Part shown: positions 24,801 to 39,800 of the stretch, piece after piece
Position numbering within the stretch: position 1 is the stretch's first letter
How the letters are laid out: each line of letters opens with the position of its first letter
Assembly (NCBI GenBank): GCA_030390025.1
Contig: JASTWF010000356.1
Span: 310,001 to 374,000, forward strand
Length of the DNA: 64,000 nucleotides
Direction: 5' to 3'
Source of the DNA: Squalus acanthias
Taxonomy: Eukaryota
Notes under the pieces: generated by a model
Database searches by the model: none
What the model was told of the DNA's origin: nothing
Seen by the model: the letters and a program-made list of their open reading frames with translations, nothing else
Translations under genes and position numbers: made by a program

Positions 24801-27800
24801 TGTGCCCAGTGAGGTCAGATAGTGTTTAATCCTGGGAGGATGGGTCCAGTGATTAGACAGAGTGTAACACTGGGAGGATGGGCCCAATGAGATCAGACAG
24901 TGTGTAACCCGGTGAGGATGGACCCAGTGAAATCAGACACTGTGTAACCCGGCGAGTATTGGTTCAGTGTGATCAGACAGAGTGTAACCAAGGTAGGACG
25001 GGCCCAGTGAGATCAAACCTTCTGTAATCCCGGCAGAATGGGCCGAGTGAGATCAGAAGAGTGTAACTCGCGGAGGATGTGCACAGTGAATTCAAACATT
25101 CTGTAACGGGGGAGGATGGGCCCAATGAGAAAAGACAGTGTTTCACCCGGGGAGGATGGGCCCAGTGAGATCATCAGTGTGTAACCCGGGGAAGATGGGC
25201 CCAGTGAGATCAGACAGTGTGTAACCCGGTGAGGAAGGGCACAGTGAGATCAGACAGTGTGTAACCCGGGGAGGATGGGCATTGTGAGATCAGACAGTGT
25301 GTAACCCGGATACGATGGGCCCAGTGAGATCAGACAGTGTGTAATCCTGGTAGGATGGGCCCAGTGAGATCAGACAGGATGTAAATGGTAGAGGATGTGC
25401 CCAGTGAGAACAGACAGTGTGTTACACGTGGAGGATGGGCCCAGTGAGATCAGACAGTGTGTAACCCGGGGAGTATGGGCCCAGTGAGATCAGACATTGT
25501 GTAACACGCGGAGCATTGGGCACAGTGAGATCAGACAGTGTGTAACCCAGGGAGGATGGGCCCAGTGAGATCAGATAGTGTTTAACCAGGGGAAGATGGG
25601 CACAGTGTGATCAGACAGTGTGTAACAGGGAGGATGGGCCCAGTGAGATCAGGCAGTGAGTAACAGGGAGGATGGGTCCAGTGAGATCAGACAGTGTGTA
25701 ACCCGGGGAGGATGGGCCCAGTGAGATCAGACAGTGTGTAACCCGGGGAGGATGGGCCCAGTGAGATCAGACAGTGTGTAACCCGGGGAGAATGGCCTCA
25801 GTGAAATCAGACAGTGTGCAACCGGTGGAGGATGGCCCCAGTGAAGTCAGACAGTGTGTAACCGGGGGGGGATTGATCCAGGGTGATCAGACAGTGTGTA
25901 ACCCGGGGAAGATGGGCCAAGTGATCTCAGACAGTGTGTAACCCGGCCAAGATGGTCTCAGTGAGTACAGACAGTGACTAGCCCGGGGAGGATGGGTCCA
26001 GTGAGATCAGACAGTGTGTGACACGGGGAGGATGGGCCCAGTGAGATCAGACAGTGTGTAACCCGGTGTGGATGGGCCCAGTGAGATCAGACAGTGTGTA
26101 ACCCGGGTAGGTTGGACCCAGTGAGATCAGACAGGATGTAAATGGTAGAGGATGTGCCCAGTGAGAACAGACAGTGTTTTACACGTGGAGGATGGGCCCA
26201 GTGAGATCAGACAGTGTGTAAACAGGGGAGGATGGGCCCAGTGAGATCAGATATTGCGTAACCCGCGGAGCATTGGGCACAGTGAGATCAGACAGTGTGT
26301 AACCCAGGGAGGATGGGCCCAGTGAGATCAGATAGTGTTTAACCAGGGGAAGATGGGCACAGTGTGATCAGACAGTGTGTAACAGGGAGGATGGGCCCAG
26401 TGAGATCAGGCAGTGAGTAACAGGGAGGATGGGCCCAGTGAAATAAGACAGTGTGTAATCCGGAGAGGATGGGCCCAGTGAGATCAGACAGTTTTTAACC
26501 CTGGGAGGATGCGCCCAGTGAGATCAGACAGTGTGTAACCCGAGGAGGATGTGCCCAGTGAGGTCAGATAGTGTTTAATCCTGGGAGGATGGGTCCAGTG
26601 ATTAGACAGAGTGTAACACTGGGAGGATGGGCCCAATGAGATCAGACAGTGTGTAACCCGGTGAGGATGGACCCAGTGAAATCAGACACTGTGTAACCCG
26701 GCGAGTATTGGTTCAGTGTGATCAGACAGAGTGTAACCAAGGTAGGACGGGCCCAGTGAGATCAAACCTTCTGTAATCCCGGCAGAATGGGCCCAGTGAG
26801 ATCAGAAGAGTGTAACTCGCGGAGGATGTGCACAGTGAATTCAAACATTCTGTAACGGGGGAGGATGGGCCCAATGAGAAAAGACAGTGTTTCACCCGGG
26901 GAGGATGGGCCCAGTGAGATCATCAGTGTGTAACCCGGGGAAGATGGGCCCAGTGAGATCAGACAGTGTGTAACCCGGTGAGGAAGGGCACAGTGAGATC
27001 AGACAGTGTGTAACCCGGGGAGGATGGGCATTGTGAGATCAGACAGTGTGTAACCCGGATACGATGGGCCCAGTGAGATCAGACAGTGTGTAATCCGGGT
27101 AGGATGGGCCCAGTGAGATCAGACAGGATGTAAATGGTAGAGGATGTGCCCAGTGAGAACAGACAGTGTGTTACACGTGGAGGATGGGCCCAGTGAGATC
27201 AGACAGTGTGTAACCCGGGGAGTATGGGCCCAGTGAGATCAGACATTGTGTAACACGCGGAGCATTGGGCACAGTGAGATCAGACAGTGTGTAACCCAGG
27301 GAGGATGGGCCCAGTGAGATCAGATAGTGTTTAACCAGGGGAAGATGGGCACAGTGTGATCAGACAGTGTGTAACAGGGAGGATGGGCCCAGTGAGATCA
27401 GGCAGTGAGTAACAGGGAGGATGGGTCCAGTGAGATCAGACAGTGTGTAACCCGGGGAGGATGGGCCCAGTGAGATCAGACAGTGTGTAACCCGGGGAGG
27501 ATGGGCCCAGTGAGATCAGACAGTGTGTAACCCGGGGAGAATGGCCTCAGTGAAATCAGACAGTGTGCAACCGGTGGAGGATGGCCCCAGTGAAGTCAGA
27601 CAGTGGGTAACCGGGGGGGGATTGATCCAGGGTGATCAGACAGTGTGTAACCCGGGGAAGATGGGCCAAGTGATCTCAGACAGTGTGTAACCCGGCCAAG
27701 ATGGTCTCAGTGAGTACAGACAGTGACTAGCCCGGGGAGGATGGGTCCAGTGAGATCAGACAGTGTGTGACACGGGGAGGATGGGCCCAGTGAGATCAGA

Positions 27801-30800
27801 CAGTGTGTAACCCGGTGTGGATGGGCCCAGTGAGATCAGACAGTGTGTAACCCGGGTAGGTTGGACCCAGTGAGATCAGACAGGATGTAAATGGTAGAGG
27901 ATGTGCCCAGTGAGAACAGACAGTGTTTTACACGTGGAGGATGGGCCCAGTGAGATCAGACAGTGTGTAAACAGGGGAGGATGGGCCCAGTGAGATCAGA
28001 TATTGCGTAACCCGCGGAGCATTGGGCACAGTGAGATCAGACAGTGTGTAACCCAGGGAGGATGGGCCCAGTGAGATCAGATAGTGTTTAACCAGGGGAA
28101 GATGGGCACAGTGTGATCAGACAGTGTGTAACAGGGAGGATGGGCCCAGTGAGATCAGGCAGTGAGTAACAGGGAGGATGGGCCCAGTGAGATCAGACAG
28201 TATATAACCCGGGGAGGATGGGTCCATTGAGATCAGACAGTCTGTGACACGTGGAGGATGGGCCCAGTGAGATCAGACAGTGTGTAACCCAGGGAGGATG
28301 GGCCCAGTGAGATCAGACAGTGTGTAATCCGGAGAGGATGGGCCCACTGAAATCAAACAGTGTGAAACCCGGCGAGTATTGGTTCAGTGTGATCAGACAG
28401 TGTTTAACCCTGGGAGGATGGGTCCAGTGATCAGACAGAGTGTAACCCGGGGTGGATGGGCCCAATGAGATCAGACAGTGTGTAACCCGGTGAGGATGGA
28501 CCCAGTGAAATCAAACAGTGTGTAACCCGGCGAGTATTGGTTCAGTGTGATCAGACAGTGTGTAACCAAGGGAGGATGGGCCCAGTGAGATCAAACCTTG
28601 TGTAACCCCGGCAGGATGGGCCCAGTGAGATCAGACAGAGTGCAACTCGCGGAGGATGTGCACAGTGAATTCAAACATTGTGTAACAGGGGGAGGATTGG
28701 CCCAGTGAGATCCGACAGTGTGTAACCCCGGGAGAATGGCCTCAGTGAAATCAGACAGTGTGTAACCCGGGGAGTAGGCCCCAGTGAAGTCAGACAGTGT
28801 GTAACCCGAGTAGGATGGTCCCAATGAAATCAGACAGTGTGTAACCGGGGAGGATGGCCCTTGTGAGATCAGACTGTGTGTAACTTGGGGAGTATGGGCC
28901 CAGTGAGATCAGACAGAGTGTAACCCGGGGAGGATGGGCCCAGCGTGTTCAGACAGTGTGTAACCCGGGTTAGGATGGGCCCAGTGAGATCAGACATTGT
29001 GTAACCCGGGGAGGATGGGCCCACTGAGATCAGACAGTGTGTAACCCGGGGAGGATGGGCCCAGTGAGATCAGACAGTGTGTAACCCGGGGAGGATGGGC
29101 CCACTGAGATCAGACAGTGTGTAACCCGGGGAAGATGGGCACAGTGTGATCAGACAGAGTGTAACAGGGAGGATGGGCAGAGTGAGATCAGAAAGCGTGT
29201 AACCCGGTGAGGATGGGCCCAGTGAAATCAGACAGTGTGTAACCTGGGGAGGATGGGCCCAACGTGTTCAGACAGTGTGTAACCCGGGATAGGATGGGCC
29301 AAGTGAGATCAGAAATTGTGTAACCCGCGGAGCATGGGCCCAGTGAGATCAGACAGTGTGTAACACGTGGAGGATGGGCCCACTGAGATCAGACAGTGTG
29401 TAACCCGGGGAAGATGGGCACAGTGTGATCAGACAGTGTGTAACCCGGTGAGGATGGGCCCAGTGAAATCAGACAGTGTGTAACCTGGGGAGGATGGGCC
29501 CAGTCAGATCAGACAGTGTGAATCCCGGGGAGGATGGGCCCAGTGAGATCAGACAGTGTGTAACACGGGGAGTATGGGCCCAGTCAGATCAGACAGTCTG
29601 TAACCCGGGGACGATGGGCCCAGTGAGATCAGACAGTGTGCAACCGGGGGAGGATGGCCCAGTGAGATCAGACTGTGTGTAACTCGGGGAGGATGGACCA
29701 AGTGAGATCAGACATTGTGTAACCCGTGGTGGATGGGCCCAGTGAGATCAGACAGTATGTAACCCGGGGAGGATGGGCCCAGTGAGATCAGACAGTGTGT
29801 AACCCGGGAGGATGGGCCCAGTGAGATCAGACAGTGTATAACCCGGGGAGGATGAGCCCAATGTGGTCAGACAGTGTGTAACCTGGGTAGGATGGGCCCT
29901 GTGAGATCAGACAGTGTGTAACCCGGGGAGGATGGGCCCAGTGAGATCAAACATTGTGTAACCCGCGGTTGATTGGCCCAGTGAGTTCAGACCGTGTGTA
30001 GCCCGGGGAGGATGGGCCCAAAGCGATCAGACAGTGTGTAACCCGGGGAAGATACGCACAGTGTGATCAGACAGTGTGTAATAGGAAAGGATGGGCCCAG
30101 TGAGATCAGGCAGTGAGTAATAGGGACGGTGGGCAGAGTGAGATCAGACAGTGTGTAACCCGGGGAGGATGGGCCCAGAGAGATCAGACAGTGTGTAAGC
30201 CTGGGAGGATGGGCCCAGTCAGATCAGACAGTGTGCAACTCGCGGAGGATGTGCACAGTGAATTCAAACATTGTGTAACAGTGGGAGGATGGGCCCAGTG
30301 TGATCAGACAGTGTGTAACACGGGGAGTATGGGCCCAGTCAGATCAGACAGTCTGTAACCCGGGGACGATGGGCCCAGTGAGATCAGACAGTGTGCAACC
30401 GGGGGAGGATGGCCCAGTGAGATCAGACTGTGTGTAACTCGGGGAGGATGGACCAAGTGAGATCAGACATTGTGTAACCCGTGGTGGATGGGCCCAGTGA
30501 GATCAGACAGTATGTAACCCGGGGAGGATGGGCCCAGTGAGATCAGACAGTGTGTAACCCGGGAGGATGGGCCCAGTGAGATCAGACAGTGTATAACCCG
30601 GGGAGGATGAGCCCAATGTGGTCAGACAGTGTGTAACCTGGGTAGGATGGGCCCTGTGAGATCAGACAGTGTGTAACCCGGGGAGGATGGGCCCAGTGAG
30701 ATCAAACATTGTGTAACCCGCGGTTGATTGGCCCAGTGAGTTCAGACCGTGTGTAACCCGGGGAGGATGGGCCCAAAGCGATCAGACAGTGTGTAACCCG

Positions 30801-33800
30801 GGGAAGATACGCACAGTGTGATCAGACAGTGTGTAATAGGAAAGGATGGGCCCAGTGAGATCAGGCAGTGAGTAATAGGGACGGTGGGCAGAGTGAGATC
30901 AGACAGTGTGTAACCCGGGGAGGATGGGCCCAGAGAGATCAGACAGTGTGTAAGCCTGGGAGGATGGGCCCAGTCAGATCAGACAGTGTGCAACTCGCGG
31001 AGGATGTGCACAGTGAATTCAAACATTGTGTAACAGGGGGAGGATGGGCCCAGTGAAATCAGACAGTGTGTAACCTGGGGAGGATGGGCCCAGTCAGATC
31101 AGACAGTGTGAATCCCGGGGAGGATGGGCCCAGTGAGATCAGACAGTCTGTAACCCGGGGACGATGGGCCCAGTGAGATCAGACAGTGTGCAACCCGGGG
31201 AGGATGGCCCAGTGAGATCAGACTGTGTGTAACCCGGGGAGGATGGACCAAGTGAGATCAGACATTGTGTAACCCGTGGTGGATGGGCCCAGTGAGATCA
31301 GACAGTGTGTAACCCGGGGAGGATGGGCCCAGTGAGATCAGACAGTGTGTAACCCGGGAGGATGTGCCCAGTGAGATCAGACAGTGTTTCACCCTGGGAG
31401 GATGGGTCCAGTGATCAGACAGAGTGTAACCCGGGGAGGATGGGCCCAATGAGATCAGACAGTGTGTAACCCGGTGAGGATGGACCCAGTGAAATCAGAC
31501 AGTGTGTAACCCGGCGAGTATTGGTTCAGTGTGATCAGACAGTGTGTAACCAAGGGAGGATGGGCCCAGTGAGATCAAACCTTGTGTAACCCCGGCAGGA
31601 TGGGCCCAGTGAGATCAGACAGAGTGCAACTCGCGGAGGATGTGCACAGTGAATTCAAACATTGTGTAACAGGGGGAGGATGGGCCCAGTGAGATCAGAC
31701 AGAGTGCAACTCGCGGAGGATGAGCACAGTGAATTCAAACATTGTGTAACAGGGGGAGGATGGGCCCAGTGAGATCCGACAGTGTGTAACCCCGGGAGAA
31801 TGGCCTCAGTGAAATCAGACAGTGTGTAACCCGGGGAGTAGGCCCCAGTGAAATCAGACAGTGTGTAACCCGGGGAGGATTGAACCAGGGTGATCAGACA
31901 GTGTGTAACCCGGGGAAGATGGGCCCAGTGAGATCAGACAGTGTGAATCCCGAGGAGGATGGATCCAGTTAGATCAGTCAGTGTGTAAACCGGGGAGGAT
32001 GGGGCCAGTGAGATCAGACAGTGAATAGCCCGGGGAGGATGGGGCCAGTGAGATCAGACAGTGTGTAATCCGGGGAGGATGGGCCCAGTGAGATCAGACA
32101 GTATATAACCCGGGGAGGATGGGTCCAGTGAGATCAGACAGTGTGTAACCCGAGTAGGATGGTCCCAATGAGATCAGACAGTGTGTAACCCGGGGAGGAT
32201 GGCCCTTGTGAGATCAGACTGTGTGTAACTTGGGGAGGATGGGCCCAGTGATATCAGACAGTGTGTAACCCGGGATAGGATGGGCCCAGTGAGATCAGAC
32301 ATTGTGTAACCCGCGGAGCATGGGCCCAGTGAGATCAGACAGTGTGTAACCCGGGGAGGATGGGCCCACTGAGATTAGACAGTGTGTAACCCGGGGAAGA
32401 AGGGTACAGTGTGATCAGACAGTGTGTAACAGAGAGGATGGGCAGAGTGAGATCAGAAAGTGTGTAACCCGGGGAAGATGGGACAAGTGAAATCAGACAG
32501 TGTGTAACCTGGGGAGGATGGGCCCAGCGTGTTCAGACAGTGTGTAACCCGGGATAGGATGGACCCAGTGAGATCAGACAGTGTGTAACAGGGAGGATGG
32601 GCGCAGTTAGATCAGGCAGTGAGTAACAGGGAGGATGAGCAGAGTGAGATCAGACAGTGTGTAAGCCGGTGAGGATGGGCCCAGTGAAATCAGACAGTGT
32701 GTAACCTGGGGAGGATGGGCCCAGTCAGATCAGACAGTGCGAATCCCGGGGAGGATGGGCCCAGTGTGATCAGACAGTGTGTAACACGGGGAGTATGGGC
32801 CCAGTGAGATCAGACAGTCTGTAACCCGGGGACGATGGGCCCAGTGAGATCAGACATTGTGTAACCCGTGGTGGATGGGCCCAGTGAGATCAGACAGTGT
32901 GTAACCCGGGGAAGATGGGCCCAGTGAGATCAGACAGTGTGTAACCCGGGAGGATGTGCCCAGTGAGATCAGACAGTGTTTAACCCTGGGAGGATGGGTC
33001 CAGTGATCAGACAGAGTGTAACCCGGGGTGGATGGGCCCAATGAGATCAGACAGTGTGTAACCCGGTGAGGATGGACCCAGTGTAATCAGACAGTGTGTA
33101 ACCCGGCGAGTATTGGTTCAGTGTGATCAGACAGTGTGTAACCAAGGGAGGATGGGCCCAGTGAGATCAAACCTTGTGTAACCCCGGCAAGATGGGCCCA
33201 GTGAGATCAGACAGAGTGCAACTCGCGGAGGATGTGCACAGTGAATTCAAACATTGTGTAAAAGGGGGAGGATGGGCCCAGTGAGATCCGACAGTGTGTA
33301 ACCCGGGAGAATGGCCTCAGTGAGATCAGACAGTGTGTAACCCGGGGAGGATTGATCCAGGGTGATCAGACAGTGTGTAACCCAGGGAGGATGGATCCAG
33401 TTCGATCAGTCAGTGCGTAAACCGGGGAGGATGGGCCCAGTGAGATCAGACAGTGTGTAACCCGGGGAGGATGGGCCCAGTGAGATCAGACAGTGTGTAC
33501 CCCGGGGAGGATGGGCCCAGTGAGATCAGACTGTGTGTAACACGGGGAGGATGGGCCCAGTGAGATCAGACAGAGTGTAACCCGGGGAGGATGGGCCCAG
33601 CGTGTTCAGACAGAGTGTAACCCGGGATAGGATGGGCCCAGTGATATCAGAAATTGTGTAACCCGCGGAGCATGGGCCCAGTGAGATCAGACAGTGTGTA
33701 ACACGGGGAGGATGGGCCCACTGAGATCAGACAGTGTGTAACCCGGGGAAGATGGGCACAGTGTGATCAGACAGTGTGTAACAGGGAGGATGGGCGCAGT

Positions 33801-36800
33801 GAGATCAGGCAGTGAGTAACAGGGAGGATGGGCAGATTGAGATCAGACAGTGTGTAACCCGGGGAGGATGGGCCCAGTGTGATCAGACAGTGTGTAACAC
33901 GGGGAGTATGGGCCCAGTGAGATCAGACAGTCTGTAACCCGGGGACGATGGGACCAGTGAGATCAGACAGTGTGTAACCCGGGAGGATGGGCCCAGTGAG
34001 ATCAGACAGTGTATAACCCGGGGAGGATGGACCAAGTGAGATCAGACATTGTGTAACCCGTGGTGGATGGGCCCAGTGAGATCAGACAGTGTGTAACCCG
34101 GGGAGGATGTGCTCAGTGAGATCAGACAGTGTGTAACCCGGGAGGATGGGCCCAGTGAGATCAGACAGTGTATAACTCGGGAGGATGGGCCCAGTGAGAT
34201 CAGACAGTGTATAACCCGGGGAGGATGAGCCCAATGTGGTCAGACAGTGTGTAACCTGGGTAGGATGGGCCCTGTGAGATCAGACAGTGTGTAACCGGGG
34301 AGGATGGGCCCAGTGAGATCAAACATTGTGTAACCCGCGGTTGATTGGCCCAGTGAGTTCAGACCGTGTGTAACCCGGGGAGGATGGGCCCAAAGCGATC
34401 AGACAGTGTGTAACCCGGGGAAGATACGCACAGTGTGATCAGACAGTGTGTAATAGGAAAGGATGGGCCCAGTGAGATCAGGCAGTGAGTAATAGGGACG
34501 GTGGGCAGAGTGAGATCAGACAGTGTGTAACCCGGGGAGGATGGGCCCAGAGAGATCAGACAGTGTGTAAGCCTGGGAGGATGGGCCCAGTCAGATCAGA
34601 CAGTGTGCAACTCGCGGAGGATGTGCACAGTGAATTCAAACATTGTGTAACAGGGGGAGGATGGGCCCAGTGAAATCAGACAGTGTGTAACCTGGGGAGG
34701 ATGGGCCCAGTCAGATCAGACAGTGTGAATCCCGGGGAGGATGGGCCCAGTGAGATCAGACAGTCTGTAACCCGGGGACGATGGGCCCAGTGAGATCAGA
34801 CAGTGTGCAACCCGGGGAGGATGGCCCAGTGAGATCAGACCGTGTGTAACCCGGGGAGGATGGACCAAGTGAGATCAGACATTGTGTAACCCGTGGTGGA
34901 TGGGCCCAGTGAGATCAGACAGTGTGTAACCCGGGGAGGATGGGCCCAGTGAGATCAGACAGTGTGTAACCCGGGAGGATGTGCCCAGTGAGATCAGACA
35001 GTGTTTCACCCTGGGAGGATGGGTCCAGTGATCAGACAGAGTGTAACCCGGGGAGGATGGGCCCAATGAGATCAGACAGTGTGTAACCCGGTGAGGATGG
35101 ACCCAGTGAAATCAGACAGTGTGTAACCCGGCGAGTATTGGTTCAGTGTGATCAGACAGTGTGTAACCAAGGGAGGATGGGCCCAGTGAGATCAAACCTT
35201 GTGTAACCCCGGCAGGATGGGCCCAGTGAGATCAGACAGAGTGCAACTCGCGGAGGATGTGCACAGTGAATTCAAACATTGTGTAACAGGGGGAGGATGG
35301 GCCCAGTGAGATCAGACAGAGTGCAACTCGCGGAGGATGAGCACAGTGAATTCAAACATTGTGTAACAGGGGGAGGATGGGCCCAGTGAGATCCGACAGT
35401 GTGTAACCCCGGGAGAATGGCCTCAGTGAAATCAGACAGTGTGTAACCCGGGGAGTAGGCCCCAGTGAAATCAGACAGTGTGTAACCCGGGGAGGATTGA
35501 ACCAGGGTGATCAGACAGTGTGTAACCCGGGGAAGATGGGCCCAGTGAGATCAGACAGTGTGAATCCCGAGGAGGATGGATCCAGTTAGATCAGTCAGTG
35601 TGTAAACCGGGGAGGATGGGGCCAGTGAGATCAGACAGTGAATAGCCCGGGGAGGATGGGGCCAGTGAGATCAGACAGTGTGTAATCCGGGGAGGATGGG
35701 CCCAGTGAGATCAGACAGTATATAACCCGGGGAGGATGGGTCCAGTGAGATCAGACAGTGTGTAACCCGAGTAGGATGGTCCCAATGAGATCAGACAGTG
35801 TGTAACCCGGGGAGGATGGCCCTTGTGAGATCAGACTGTGTGTAACTTGGGGAGGATGGGCCCAGTGATATCAGACAGTGTGTAACCCGGGATAGGATGG
35901 GCCCAGTGAGATCAGACATTGTGTAACCCGCGGAGCATGGGCCCAGTGAGATCAGACAGTGTGTAACCCGGGGAGGATGGGCCCACTGAGATTAGACAGT
36001 GTGTAACCCGGGGAAGAAGGGTACAGTGTGATCAGACAGTGTGTAACAGGGAGGATGGGCAGAGTGATATCAGAAAGTGTGTAACCCGGGGAAGATGGGA
36101 CAAGTGAAATCAGACAGTGTGTAACCTGGGGAGGATGGGCCCAGCGTGTTCAGACAGTGTGTAACCCGGGATAGGATGGACCCAGTGAGATCAGACAGTG
36201 TGTAACAGGGAGGATGGGCGCAGTTAGATCAGGCAGTGAGTAACAGGGAGGATGAGCAGAGTGAGATCAGACAGTGTGTAAGCCGGTGAGGATGGGCCCA
36301 GTGAAATCAGACAGTGTGTAACCTGGGGAGGATGGGCCCAGTCAGATCAGACAGTGCGAATCCCGGGGAGGATGGGCCCAGTGTGATCAGACAGTGTGTA
36401 ACACGGGGAGTATGGGCCCAGTGAGATCAGACAGTCTGTAACCCGGGGACGATGGGCCCAGTGAGATCAGACATTGTGTAACCCGTGGTGGATGGGCCCA
36501 GTGAGATCAGACAGTGTGTAACCCGGGGAAGATGGGCCCAGTGAGATCAGACAGTGTGTAACCCGGGAGGCTGTGCCCAGTGAGATCAGACAGTGTTTAA
36601 CCCTGGGAGGATGGGTCCAGTGATCAGACAGAGTGTAACCCGGGGTGGATGGGCCCAATGAGATCAGACAGTGTGTAACCCGGTGAGGATGGACCCAGTG
36701 TAATCAGACAGTGTGTAACCCGGCGAGTATTGGTTCAGTGTGATCAGACAGTGTGTAACCAAGGGAGGATGGGCCCAGTGAGATCAAACCTTGTGTAACC

Positions 36801-39800
36801 CCGGCAGAATGGGCCCAGTGAGATCAGACAGAGTGCAACTCGCGGAGGATGTGCACAGTGAATTCAAACATTGTGTAAAAGGGGGAGGATGGGCCCAGTG
36901 AGATCCGACAGTGTGTAACCCGGGAGAATGGCCTCAGTGAGATCAGAAAGTGTGTAACCCGGGGAGGATTGATCCAGGGTGATCAGACAGTGTGTAACCC
37001 AGGGAGGATGGATCCAGTTCGATCAGTCAGTGCGTAAACCGGGGAGGATGGGCCCAGTGAGATCAGACAGTGTGTAACCCGGGGAGGATGGGCCCAGTGA
37101 GATCAGACAGTGTGTACCCCGGGGAGGATGGGCCCAGTGAGATCAGACTGTGTGTAACACGGGGAGGATGGGCCCAGTGAGATCAGACAGAGTGTAACCC
37201 GGGGAGGATGGGCCCAGCGTGTTCAGACAGAGTGTAACCCGGGATAGGATGGGCCCAGTGAGATCAGAAATTGTGTAACCCGCGGAGCATGGGCCCAGTG
37301 AGATCAGACAGTGTGTAACACGGGGAGGATGGGCCCACTGAGATCAGACAGTGTGTAACCCGGGGAAGATGGGCACAGTGTGATCAGACAGTGTGTAACA
37401 GGGAGGATGGGCGCAGTGAGATCAGGCAGTGAGTAACAGGGAGGATGGGCAGATTGAGATCAGACAGTGTGTAACCCGGGGAGGATGGGCCCAGTGTGAT
37501 CAGACAGTGTGTAACACGGGGAGTATGGGCCCAGTGAGATCAGACAGTCTGTAACCCGGGGACGATGGGACCAGTGAGATCAGACAGTGTGTAACCCGGG
37601 AGGATGGGCCCAGTGAGATCAGACAGTGTATAACCCGGGGAGGATGGACCAAGTGAGATCAGACATTGTGTAACCCGTGGTGGATGGGCCCAGTGAGATC
37701 AGACAGTGTGTAACCCGGGGAGGATGTGCTCAGTGAGATCAGACAGTGTGTAACCCGGGAGGATGGGCCCAGTGAGATCAGACAGTGTATAACTCGGGGA
37801 GGATGAGCCCAATGTGGTCAGACAGTGTGTAACCTGGGTAGGATGGGCCCTGTGAGATCAGACAGTGTGTAACCGGGGGAGGATGGGCCCAGCGTGTTCA
37901 GACACTGTGTAACCCGGGGAGGATGGGCCCAGTCAGATCAAACATTGTGTAACCCGCGGTTGATTGGCCCAGTGAGTTAAAACCGTGTGTAACCCGGGGA
38001 GTATGGGCCCAAAGCGATCAGACAGTGTGTAACCCGGGGAAGATAAGCACACTGTGATCAGACAGTGTGTAATAGGGAGGATGGGCCCAGTGAGATCAGG
38101 CAGTGAGTAAGAGGGAGGATGGGCAGAGTGAGATCAGACGGTGTGTAACCCGAGGAGGATGGGCCCAGAGAGATCAAACAGTGTGTAAGCCTGGGAGGAT
38201 GGGCCCAGTCAGATCAGACAGTGTGTAACCCCGGGTGAATGTACTCAGTGAGATCAGACAGTGTGTAACCCGGGGAGGATGGGGCCAGTGAGATCAGACA
38301 GTGTGTAACCCGGGGAGGATGGGCCCAGTCAGATCAGACAGTGTGTAACCCGAGTAGGATGGTCCCAATGAGATCAGACAGTGTGTAACCGGGGAGGATG
38401 GCCCTTGTGAGATCAGACTGTGTGTAACTTGAGGAGGATGGGCCCAGTGAGATCAGACAGAGTGTAACCCGGGGAGGATGGGCCAAGCGTGTTCAGACAG
38501 TGTGTAACCCGGAATAGGATGGGCCCAGTGAGATCAGACATTGTGTAACCCGCGGAGCATGGGCCCAGTGAGATCAGACAGTGTGTAACCGGGGGAGGAT
38601 GGGCCCAGTGAGATCAGACATTGTGTAACCCGCGGAGCATGGGCCCAGTCAGATCAGACGGTGTGAATCCCGGGGAGGATGGGCCCAGTGTGATCAGACA
38701 GTGTGTAACACGGGGAGTATGGGCCCAGTGAGATCAGACAGTCTGTAACCCGGGGACGATGGGCCCAGTGAGATCAGACATTGTGTAACCCGTGGTGGAT
38801 GGGCCCAGTGAGATCAGACAGTGTGTAACCCGGGGAAGATGGGCACAGTTTGATCAGACAGTGTGTAACAGGGAGGATGGGCGCAGTGAGATCAGGCAGT
38901 GAGTAACAGGGAGGATGGGCAGAGTGAGATCAGACAGTGTTTCACCCGGTGAGGATGGGCCCAGTGAAATCAAACAGTGTGTAACCTGGGGAGGATGGGC
39001 CCAGTCAGATCAGACGGTGTGAATCCCGGGGAGGATGGGCCCAGTGAGATCAGACAGAGTGCAACTCGCGGAGGATGTGCACAGTGAATTCAAACATTGT
39101 GTAAAAGGGGGAGGATGGGCCCAGTGAGATCCGACAGTGTGTAACCCGGGAGAATGGCCTCAGTGAAATCAGACAGTGTGTAACCCGGGGAGGATTGATC
39201 CAGGGTGATCAGACAGTGTGTAACCCGGGGAGGATGGATCCAGTTCGATCAGTCAGTGTGTAAACCGGGGAGGATGGACTCAGTGAGATCAGACAGTGTG
39301 TGACCCGGGGAGGATGGGCCCAGTGAGATCAGACAGTGTGTAACCCGGGAGGATGGGCCCAGTGAGATCAGACAGTGTATAACCCGGGGAGGATGGACCA
39401 AGTGAGATCAGACATTGTGTAACCCGTGGTGGATGGGCCCAGTGAGATCAGACAGTGTGTAACCCGGGGAGGATGGGCTCAGTGAGATCAGACAGTGTGT
39501 AACCCGGGAGGATGGGCCCAGTGAGATCAGACAGTGTATAACCCGGGGAGGATGAGCCCAATGTGGTCAGACAGAGTGTAACCTGGGTAGGATGGGCCCT
39601 GTGAGATCAGACAGTGTGTAACCCGGGGAGGATGGGCCCAGCGTGTTCAGACACTGTGTAACCCGGGGAGGATGGGCCCAGTCAGATCAAACATTGTGTA
39701 ACCCGCGGTTGATTGGCCCAGTGAGTTAAAACCGTGTGTAACCCGGGGGGTATGGGCCCAAAGCGATCAGACAGTGTGTAACCCGGGGAAGATAAGCACA

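Noticed and set aside
273..36658. Short ORFs inside the satellite (MGPSSPGYTLSD.., MSNRDGGQSE..)
   Set aside because: Chance translations of the 40-bp repeat; useful only as markers of higher-order duplication.
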